Assembly: GCA_021432655.1 (NCBI GenBank)
Contig: MU271264.1
Coordinates: 1-64,000, forward strand
Length of the DNA stretch: 64,000 bases
From: Atractiella rhizophila
Lineage: Eukaryota
Direction: 5' to 3'
Part shown: positions 25,970 to 36,986 of the stretch, piece by piece
How the letters are laid out: every line of letters starts with the position of its first letter
Numbering within the stretch: the first letter of the stretch is position 1
Notes under the pieces: model-generated
What the model saw: the letters and a program-made list of their open reading frames with translations, nothing else
Told to the model about the DNA's origin: nothing
Databases searched by the model: none
Translations under genes and position numbers: made by a program

Positions 25970-28317
25970 TCACTCTCCTTCCCCTTGCATGACTGGTGCA
26001 GGTATGCCCCTCCTGTCCCTTTCCGCCCTCTCAACATACCTCTCCAACACTTTTATTGCGTCCTCGACCTTCAATCCGTTCTTGATTACATGAAATTGAC
26101 GTGCACCTTCAGCTTTCTTGGCTGAGATGTCGGAGAGCATGGACATGATGGCGGAGTAGACGAGGGAGATGTCATCTATTATCTATCCTCACATTTATAG
26201 TCACACATAACAGCTTTAAGGGCCAAAGGGGACTAGAGACAAACCTCAGAAGTGTATGCTTGCGTATGGCGAGCCAACTCGAGCTCACGGTTTATAGCCT
26301 CCTATCTGTGACATCAACATCGTCTTTCAGAAGGCAAACGACATACCTTTCCTTCCCCTGAGATAGCGGGGAACCATTTCCACTGTCCTTTCTTCTTGTT
26401 GACATGTCCCACCACCTTCTCTGCGCCTTCATAAGCTCTGGCACCCCACTCCCTTGCCTCAGTTGCTTTCTCCCTTGGGCCGTTAAGCGCGACCCTCATG
26501 ACCTCAAGGTGCTCATCGAACTCTCCAAGGAATCGGGCATGAGCCTTACTGAGCGTTCTGAGGGGATACCGCCTCGGGTTCTCCAGCATGGTCTTCAAAG
26601 CGGTGACGCCGTCGATGATAGCGTCGATGCGGATGCGGAGGACACCAGAAGCGGTGAACAAGTCGTTCTCGAGCTCTCGAAGCGAGTGTTCCCACCTCCC
26701 GTAGTCGGTGGCGACGGCAAAACGTTCGGGGAATGTGCTCCCCTCCAAGATGTGCACTCGGAGCTTCATCGCACTGTCTGCGTGCAAAGGAGCGTTCGCG
26801 GGATGGGTGAGACGCGAGAGTCCCGCCGTGATGCTGCCGAGGTGTTGAGCGTGAGATGTGGCAGAGGTGGCATAGTAGGACAAGTGGACGGGAGAAGGAG
26901 GGAGGAGCGGCAGAGTACAAAAGTAGCCTAAATTGTGGCAGTACCAGGACGAGAGGGATGTAAGTTGAGCAAATGGCGAAAATGAGAGGGAGGGGAAGGA
27001 TGGGAAGGATAGGGATGGTACATAGGTGTGGAGCCAAGTTGGGAGGAGGAAGGTGACGATGAATATTAACCTAAGGAAGGTAATCGAGTCAGTTTGGGTT
27101 TACAAAGAGTTATATACAAGATTTCTGCCTGTATCGCTATAAGAACCACGAAGCCCATCATAGTATAAGAGGCACGTCTTTTTTGCAAGAAAAAGCTTTA
27201 ATTTCACCAAGAGGGATATGAGCCCCGTAAAACAACGGTAACATTCGACTCAAAAGGAAAGGCGAATAAATCGAGAGCGAAAACAGTAACACTTTGTGTT
27301 TTACTGAAATGTCCTGAGGCAACCTAAATGAGCAGGCTGCAGTTCAGGTCGACTATGTTGGCTTCCACTGAACCAAGGATGCACCAGAAAAGTTCAAATC
27401 ACTCTGATTATTATCCACCGCAACGGATGCTCAACGTACGGTGTCTGAAGTATCCTAGCCAATCAAGGAGATGCAGGTTTACGAAATAGGATCGTAGTTG
27501 TCAAAACCGAGTTCGCCTAGGACAATGTCCTCATACCGAGATATTCACAAACGACAAGCAATTAGTGCAACGGCTACTCGTTCTCAAATTTCTTCTGCTC
27601 CACAGGAGCGCGTGACATTGCATTTAGCGATATCATCCTTGACCTCTGATATTTACTTTATTCCTGAAGCGCAAACTACGATGGAAAGCGATGAACTGAT
27701 TTGGCGATGGAGAACATAGGTGAGGGACTGAAATGACTCAATTCTCTCTGTCATTCTCGCTGGCATTGTGAGTGTGAGGCCAGAGAATGCGAGAAAAAAG
27801 GCTGAAAAACTATCCCGAGTCTAATGCACCTCACATGCTGATAGACTGTGCATCGATATTATAATATTGTGAAGATAAATCGCCTTTTCTAACAAGAGGA
27901 TAATTAAAAGCAAAAGGAAGAAAATACGTACGCAAGTTTGAACATTGTTGTCGAGAAAAGGATGGGCAGCAATGTCTTGAGCACCAGGATCGTAACCTCC
28001 ATCCCCTGTCCCTTTTGCACGCCCGTTTCTGTCTGTCTCCTTCTATGAATCTCCTCCACCAACACATCCTCATTCAAGCTTACCCGTTCTGAACGGACGG
28101 TGGCTACCTTCCTCCTCCTTTTCGTTGGGGATCCTGGTGGACTCTTCGTATTCAAGTTCTTCTTTTTACCTGGAGACATAGATGCTGATGCCGTTGTGTT
28201 GATAGTGCCACCGGTACGCAATGGGGAAGTTGAAGACGAGGGGTCGTCGCTCCATCCATCCTCTTCATTCGCTGATTCATTGGAAGGATTAGCGTATCGA
28301 GGTGTGTTGGGAGGCAT
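25970..28317 (-). CDS. Hypothetical membrane protein: disordered basic N-terminus, hydrophobic segment, helical C-terminal region
   Basis: Exon 1 (28317-27932) joins in frame across an 861-nt intron to LIFIVTFLLPTWLHTY..., continuing into the 26314-26883 ORF. The last exon ends ...MQGEGE* at 25970. No family recognised. Confidence 0.6.
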
Positions 28318-29004
28318 CGTTAGTGACAATATCCCGGGACGTAACAGTGAAGATACAATATCTAAAAAGGCAGAAGATTATGCAGCCTCTGTTGAAGCTC
28401 CAGTGCCACGTGACGTCATCTCTCTCACTGCACAACAACATTGAACAAACAAACGGGAGGTCACGAGCGTGGCAGCGATTCTGTCCATGCATCTTCTCAC
28501 AAAGCACATCATCTGCCTGAGCCCTCGTGGCAGACTGGATAACTTTGTATCAGACGTACGGTGGCTAGGAACATCGGGAGTGACGGGAGTGGACAGGACA
28601 GTGGCTTGGTGGGGATTTCAAGTTGGGGATCAAATGGTGAGCCTTCTCCAATTATTAAGAAGAGGGAATGGTGCGCTCGTAAATCAGAAACTCGCTTTTT
28701 CCTTTTATTTAAATAAGATCTGTTATTTTAGTTATGTTGCATCAACTTGCAAAAGCTTCTATTATCCACATTGGTGCTGTAATCTTTTCTCAAGCAAACG
28801 CTTTCCTGTTCTCTTACATGATTGTTCAGGGCCGACTTCTCAGCTGCAGAGAGGACGGACTAGCAGTCTTGAATATTATTTTAGCCTGCGGAACGAATGT
28901 AAGATGGATGGGAATAAAGCATTATGTGCTGTAGCTGTGTGAACTGTTAACCAAAACTTTACATCCACTTGCCTTATGAAAGACATATATGTCAGAATTG
29001 AAAT

Positions 29005-30219
29005 TCCTCTGCACGTAGAATAGCCACTACCTCTTCGAAAACCCGCCTTTGCGCTTCAACACCGTCTGGGGATGTGTCGAATTTTGAAAGGGCTTCTTGA
29101 GCTTTACATGTGTGAATGTGCCTGCCGCTCTCGAAGTCTTCGGTTGCTCCCCATACTAAGTTCCGCGCGCCGGCCTCTGTTGGTTTTGCAGCGAGAGCTC
29201 TAAGGATTCTACAGAGCGAATCAGGCGCGTGAACTGTCGAAGAAGGGTGATCGCACCCAAGTGCAAGCTTTACTCCACCACCTTTTGCGTGTCTGTTGAG
29301 TCCGGTAGTGCAAAAGCCTTCTCTTTGAAGCGTAAGAACGTTCGAGTTGGTGAACTGGCATACAAACCAGGATTAGGAGCGGACCGATGATCCCTTCCGC
29401 CTCCGGACGCTGCGCCAATTCTCTCGCGCGAAGAGAATATCCAACAACGTCGATCGTTGATACGTTTCCGATAAGGTGACAGACTGCCGGTTGATCGACT
29501 TCAGTATTTCAGGATCTTTGTGCTCCTTGAATTTCCCTACAGCGTGCACTGCACTATCTTGTCACAGAGATTATATGAGATTGAATAGATGCACAATCGC
29601 TCGTTACGACGGCAAGATGTGGCTTGATCGATATGCCGCCTGGTGGAGTTGGGAGCTGCGACGTTAACTGCATTTTGTTGACTAGGGAAAGAGCGACGCC
29701 AGCAGTCGAGCTAGTTCTCTTATGACAAACAGCCACTCGAACAAAGCATGATTCTTACATTACGTTGACTTGTAGTCGGTCGTTTGTCTTAGACTTTCTC
29801 ACCTTCAAAGAGTAAGGTCCTTACGTTAGCTCCCGTCCATCCACGGTGCATTGCTGCTCGCCTGGCCACACTCCCGCATTTTCCACTATCGATTCCTCCT
29901 CAGCACGGCGAGGAGGAGTGAGGGCAAAATCGAACCCAATATATCGAGACGATCCAGTTCTGCATTTGCTTTCGCAGCAAGCTCTTTGACGCTCGCGAAA
30001 CTTTCTAAGGCAAGTCTCCATACATTTATTGTTGTGGTTGCTTCTGGCACGAGCTGCTTGAGCTTCTCAGCGGCATTTCCCCTTTCTCCACGTCTCGGAC
30101 CGCGAGAATGAGCTTGTTTGGCTTCACTGAGTATACTAATTAGAGTACCGATTGCTCCCCGTCAAGTTTCTAGAAGCGACGGGAAGGTCCAGGTACTTCT
30201 GGCGAATCAAGTCCAACAT
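29005..30219 (-). pseudogene. Degenerate SDR paralog 2
   Basis: MLDLIRQKYLDLPVASRNLTG jumps straight into the remains of intron 1, deleting the TGxxxGxG motif. Fragments ELDRLDIL, ENAGVWP, YQRSTLLDILF and GARNLVWGA follow, with frameshifts and deletions relative to paralogs 1, 3 and 4. Confidence 0.8.
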
Positions 30220-32179
30220 CCTGTCACACAATACTTGCGTTGAAAATAATACTCCTAGCTCTCACTACGAAAGGGATATATATTCCAACGCTTCAGCCTA
30301 GAACTCATCTCAGTCCCTCCCTGCCGAACGCGGGTTGCCACTTCTGTCCCAGTCTGGCTACAGGATTGTTCAAGACTTGCACTCATTCTCTCTTCGAGAA
30401 TGCAGAGAGGAAAGTTCGCGCTCTCCGTCAAAATCTAGCGGAGTTGGGACTGGAAGACATGTGAATGTATTGAAAGCACCGGTGGTTCTCTCATTGTTCG
30501 GTAAGCCTTTCAATGTACCCTGTTGCACCCAGTAATTGATTAGTACCGAGAAATGTACGATCATAGATGAAATTTTCTCGGAGCAAATTCAATCAACGAA
30601 TATTGATTGGAAGTAAAATAATGGGACACGTATTTTCAGACAATGGGCATAATTCTTGCTTACGATATGATTACGCTGAATGCAGGAACCAACACATCAA
30701 TGATTGCCAATGAAACCGATTTCGATTACCAATGTCCGTCATGATGGTCGTCAGTCTTGAAGCAACTGTTTGTCATTATGGGCGAGGACGACAGTAAAAC
30801 ATGCACACCATGGATGGGATCAGAACTACTGACGGCTAACCAGCCAAGAGGAAAGCAGAGCGAGTGGAGTTCCTGCGTTCGATTCACAGGTGGCAAAGTG
30901 GGTTCGAATGACAATCGGCCGTTTGTCCTCTGCTGTAAACTTCTGGCATGGACAGTTTTGATGGGACAGCCACAAGTCAGCGTTCTCAGTGTCGGGCAGA
31001 ACTTCGCGATCGCCGAGGAAAACATGGTTGTATGTCGATGGAGAGAAGGTCGCATGTTCGCAAAAGGTTCTGAGCCTTTGATCCTTCCGGCCTACCATGT
31101 TGATGATGGCGGCGTCGTCAATCAGGAGGAAGCATTGGCTAGAGAACCAAATGGTGAAATAATCTTTGCCGTGAACGACTCGGACTGCATAAAGTTAGCT
31201 TGTATAAGTATGCGCTACGGCACTTAATGAATGATTTTACCGCTCATTTTTTGACTCTTTCTGACTGTTTCCTCAAGTTGCACCTTGCTCTGCACACAAA
31301 GTAGGCCTCTACACCTTCCTTATATCAGTCTCCCCTTTCATGCACGGACGGGCACGGCCAGTCGGATCTATTGAACTGTCAATGTTCCCTTTCGCGTGCC
31401 TTCCAAAAGGAGACTTCGCATAATTAAAGCCCGAACATTGACACATCAAGGAATCTTCAAGAATGGTTCAAACGGCTTCGATGTTGTCATCACGGGAATG
31501 AAGCTAAACATGAATGGTTCGTTGGGTTGCGTCTTCTGTAATTTGTTTCCACTTACCGTTTGGAGGGAATGCACTGGTCAGACTAGATTCAACGCCACGA
31601 TTCAATAGCTTTCCTGCTCCTAGTGCGGGTTGGAGTCCTGGGAGAGTAATGTGCACTCGTACAAGCGCCTATGGTTTGGATTCAGTTGGAGATGGAATGG
31701 ACTTGCCATTCGCGCTCTGGCTGTAAGTTCTTTTACCACAGCAGCTGGTTGGTTTATAGAGGTGTATCAAGTTTTACCCGAGAAAATTTGGTACTTCTCG
31801 TTTCTTTCGAGCTAGATGTCGAAATGGGTTCCGTCCCGATTTTGCCGGAACAAACCTCCCACAAGCATGTGGTTCGACCTACATGAGCTTTATGAACCAA
31901 TGGAATTGGAGCGCAATGCAGAAAGATGTCAAAGAAGAATGGAGAAAAGCTGATTTCACCCTTATTGATGGCGATATTTCTGCGCATAGAGGCAGGGTTC
32001 TCCCATACCTCAAACTTAGTTCTTTGTTTTGCTTCCAAGCGATGTCTCCACAAAGTTGCAAACGTTACTGTGAGCTTCTGGCCCTTAGTACATTACATCT
32101 CGACGAGTAAATGTTCACGTCTGATCCTCATTCATCATGGCTACCTTTACGGGGAGCAAAAGCTACTCGACTGCCTTTG

Positions 32180-33609
32180 TCAACTGTTCACTCCCTCCAA
32201 GGCTAATTCCTTCTTTTGTCCCACTTTTGCTGAAGGCGGTAAGGTTTGGCCGGCTTTCAAATCATCTGGGATATTCGAGAGCTGAAAACCCTCAGCACGG
32301 AGGATCATCATCAGCTCGCGAAACACTTTCTCTTGAGCTTTTATCCCTTCAGGAGATGCGACGAAGGTCGAAAGCCCTTCCTGAATTTTGCATGTGTGAA
32401 CATAGCTGCCACTTTCAAAGTCTTCAACTGCTCCCCATACAATATTTCGCGCTCCTGCCTCCGCTGGCTTTGCAACTATAGATGCAAATAGTCTGGAAGG
32501 CAATTAGCGAGGATTGTCTGGAGAGCAGGAACCGTTCAACACACCCAAATGCCAACTTGAAACCACCGGTCGCATATCTACCAAGTTCAGTACGGCTGAA
32601 TCCTTCGCATTGGGTCATTAGAGCGTTTGAGTTGGTAATATGACGCGTACCTGGGTTAGGTGCAGAAACCGTGATTCCTTCAGCTTCGGGCCGTTTCCCC
32701 AATTCTCTTGCGAATAGGATGTCTAATAGTTTAGATCGTTGATACGACTCTAAAAAGGTAAAGTCTTTCTCGTTGACGGATTTCAATATTTCAGGCTCAT
32801 TCTGTTCCTTGAATTTGGCTGCAGAGTGCACTGTAGCACCGTTAAAGATTGTTCGATTCCCAGAGACAACGCTCACAATCGCTCGTTACGATCGTTAGAT
32901 GTGGCCTAAAGGATACGCCGCCTGGTGGGATCGGGAGAGTTGATGTTTCCTGCATTTTGCCTAGCAGAGAAAGGGCGAGACCAGCGGTCGAGCTGGTTAT
33001 CCCAGTCTGACTAAATGTTCCAAGGCAGGATGACTCTCACATGACATTGACTTGCAACCTATCAGCAACAGTTAGTTAATCTTTCTCATTCCATAGTCTG
33101 GAGCGAAGTCCTTACGTTAATTCCCATCCATCCTTTGTGAGAAGTTTGTCACCGGGCCATACTCCAGCATTCTCTACTACCAGAGTCGGAAACCTCATTA
33201 GACCGTGACGATGGAGAAAGAAAATAGATCAAGCAAACCCAATATGTCAAGGCGGTCGAGTTGGACATTCGCTTTAGCTGCGAACTCCTTGACGCTGGCA
33301 AAGCTATCAAGCTCGAGATTCCAAACGTCGATTGCTGTGGTTGTTTCTGACACGAGGCTTCTGAGCTTTTCGGCTGCTTCTTTACCTTTCTCCAGGCTCC
33401 TTACAGCTAGGATGAGCCTTTTCGGCTTCACTGTATACCGTTGTGAGCGGAGAAAGCAGCGATAGAGGAAATGACACACTTCGTAGCAAAGCGAGCGAGG
33501 TCTCGAATCCCAAGCCCGCATTGGCCCCCGTAACAATGGCTGTTCTACCCGTTAGGTTTCGGGAGGCGACAGGAATATTCATGTATTTTTCGCGAAATAA
33601 CCTGAACAT
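32180..33609 (-). CDS. SDR (RDH/WWOX-like), paralog 3
   Basis: Motifs TGANAGLG, LDRLDIL, YQRSK and [17 protein letters not shown]-terminal extension after LRAEGF. Confidence 0.88.
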
Positions 33610-34054
33610 CCTGGTGTGGTCGCATCAAAGATGTCTGGGTACCTTTATAACGGCACTCCTCCTCCTTTTACATTGATTATCACAGCTGCCCCTTTATTCA
33701 CAATTCGTCGATTGCTCCTACGCTTGAATGGACAGCAATGATGGAAAGGTTCGCGGTGGTCTTGCTTGTCAACAAGGTCAGGATGGGTAGTTTCAAACAG
33801 AGCTGGACAGTCTGCATACCCCGTGAGCTGTTTGGAGGGTCCTTAACGCCTTGGAAGTAACGGAAGACGCACGCATGACTGTAAGAGGAGATAAGGGGTA
33901 TTTGACGACGAGTACCATTTTCGCTGAATTCATCATCTGTTTTCCTTCTTGAGTGTCAACATGGACATGATGGGGCAAGAAATTGTTGTTTATGTCAAGA
34001 GCTACCGTGCCAGCGTAGTGGCTGTAGTACTACACGTTATTCCAGCTCCACAAC

Positions 34055-35394
34055 TCAGAACACAAATCCTTCAGCACGCAGAAGCGTCACAAGCTCGTTG
34101 AAGACCTTCTCCTGCGCTTTGAGACCATCTGGAGAAGTGACGAATTTGGACAGTTCCTGCTCGCGTTGCACTTTGCACATGTGGATGTAAACGCCGCTCT
34201 CGAAGTCTTCTACAGCAGCCCAGATCAGATTTCGTGCTCCCCTTTCCGTCGTTTTTGCTCCTAGAAGTACCAAAGTGCTTTACAGCGACTAAGCAATGGG
34301 AATGGTAGAGATGTGTTTGAAATACACACTTGAGGAATAGCTTTATACCACCAGTGACATGTCTACGAAGCTGAGAGTGCGTCAAGCCTTCATTTTTGGC
34401 CTTAAAAACCCCAAACAAACAAAGCAAATGCAACCAACAAGAATTGGTGCAAAAAAAAACAACCCCTGGCCCTCCGCAACGTTCCCAAAGTCCCCCCCAA
34501 AAAAGAAGGCCAAAAACCTCCAACCCCGAAAAAGTTCCAAAGCCCCGAAAGCCGCCCCAATGGGTGCCCTCAAAAATTCAAGGTTGGGGGGGTCCTTGAA
34601 ATTGGCCGAAACCGAAAACGGGAATCCCCAACAAGAAACGGGCCCCGAAAACCAAACCGGGCCAACCAAAAACCCCGGGGAACAACAACAAGGGGGGCCC
34701 GAAAGGGGGGCCAACCCGTGGGAATCGAAAAATTGAAGGAACCTGCAACCTTTGGAACAAAAAAAAGGCCAAAACAACCAACCAAACAAATAATCCAAAC
34801 AATGGGAAAAGTTCGGGAAAAGGGAAAAGGTTTCCCAAAGAAAAGTGAACCGAAACCCGCAAAAAAAACCGGTAAAAAACAGTTCCTGCGCGATCCTTGA
34901 CTGGCTTACGTCGATTCCCATCCGTCTGTTGTCATTATCTTCTGAGAAGGAACGACCGCTGCATTTTCCACTAAGCAGTCCGTCAATGACACATTTCAGT
35001 TGAGTAGATAGTAGGAATGACCTATAATATCGAGACGGTCGAGCTCCGCTTTTGCTTTTGCAGCAAAGGTTTTGACACTCTCGAATCTTTCGAGATCTAG
35101 ATGCCGGACATCTATTGTCGCCTCCGTTCCACTGACCAGTTCCTTGAGGCGCCCTGCGGCCTCATTGCCTTTCTCGAGGTTCCTCACAGCCAGGACCAAC
35201 CTTTTTGGTTTCACTATCAAGATGCTCAGGCAATGGAAACTAGTTGAGGTAGGCAAAGGCTTACTCCGTAGGAGGGCCAAAGCGGTCTCAAATCCCAAGC
35301 CCACATTGGATCCCGTCACAATGGCAGTCCTACCCGTCAAGTTACGATTGGCAAGAGGAACTTCCGTGTACTTTTCGCGAATGAGTTTAAACAT
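34055..35394 (-). CDS. SDR (RDH/WWOX-like), paralog 4 (middle garbled)
   Basis: [34 protein letters not shown] at the start and [24 protein letters not shown] at the end. Positions 34385-34885 are unreadable but colinear with paralog 3. Confidence 0.75.
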
Positions 35395-36986
35395 CCTACA
35401 GGCTGGTTGCAGAGTTCTCCAAATTGGAAACGATTTTGGCTGAAATGCCTCACCATTGTCATTGGGCAGAAGAGAAGAAGGAACTATCAAGCTCTATTTC
35501 GGTAACATCCTCAGTGGTGCCCATCCCCTCCCCGTGTGGCTGCCAAATTTTTCATTGATGACAATCATTTTCATTCTTTTTGACTTGCTCGCCGCTCTCC
35601 GACTTCGGATCGCCGCAGCTTTCACCTTGATAGGTGGGGCTCATTATCGAATGGAGACTGACCCTATCACACTGGGTGCCCGAAGAAGTTCACCAACTGA
35701 AGCACCGTTGAAGTTAGTCCTTCGGTTCCGCGTTGGACTCAAAATTCGCATTCACTTCTCTTTTGCTTGGTAGCCATATCCACATCAATGTGTCGTAACG
35801 CAAGCCTTGAAGTAGGAGGACAGTCGTTCACACAATAAGCGAGAACGATCTGACCACAGTTGCTGAAGGAATCATGCTCTGCTTAATGTGCGCATAGACA
35901 AAACAGAATGCTCCCACACGCCTTTTGGAGTTCTGTTTGGTTTCTTGTTCCTCTGAATGTCACAGCAGGTAGAAAGTGCTGACAATTTCGAGAGAGGGCA
36001 TGCAAAATGCAAATAATAGCGCTTCTTATTGCGGGCGCCATTGTTCACATCCGAGATTTGATTAACCATTCAACGCTGGATCCAATTATTCAAGCTGATT
36101 AAACGTCTAATTCACTGTCTAGCGCTTGGCCCACCATTCAGCATTTTATTAGAAATATAGGAGTATTCTTCGCGTGAAACAGAGAAGAGGCAGATTGGAT
36201 AGGTCCTCCGAAGAATGGAGCTTGGGATTTTCAAGATTAAGAGAAGTCGACAGTGGGTTTCCGTTTTACCGCACAAGGAGCGTTTCAGCCCATTGAGTGC
36301 CCATTGTGCCCACTTTGTGCTCAACAAGGAGGCAGAAATCACTACCTTGGTGATGTGGCCCTAGGGATCGACAGAGCATGACACATTGGGAATGTTGATG
36401 AGCTTGCATAGAGCAACCAGCTGCCCACAATAATACAATAATGTGACGATATGATATGATTAGAGAGAACATTTCAAGGTCAAAGGCGCAAGGATACCAT
36501 GCTTCCCATTGCAAGATTGATCGGCTCACCTCATCACGTCAGTCTCACAACAAACTATAACCTATAACCTCTTTCAACGTCCCCTGTTTCAGCCTCTCAA
36601 CGCTTATCCACCGAGGTGCCCAGTCAAGAAAGACCCTTTCGTTTCCAATCATAGGATTTCTGGCGTTATCCCCTGCCTGAAAATCGTGAAAATCTCCCTG
36701 GTAGAGTTGGTTGAAACTGGCGGAGTTGCGGGCGGGACGGTGTCTCTTCGGTTTGTTGCTCTCACAATTTGAGCGTCACCCAACATCAACCACCTCGACC
36801 TGTCTCTTCTTGCAGGCCAGTTTCATAGAGGACTATACGCAAGTTATTGGACTGGGTACTGGATATTGGACAGGGTAGAGGCTAGGGTACAAGGTGAGTG
36901 TTTTTCACGGCAAAGGGGACAGGGAGCAGAAAAGCGCCTGAAGGAGTTGGTATTGACATGTCCTTATGGATGGTTAGTGACAGAAG

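Noticed and set aside
34359..34921. Overlapping ORFs on both strands
   Set aside because: Products of the T-depleted garbled tract, where stop codons are scarce.
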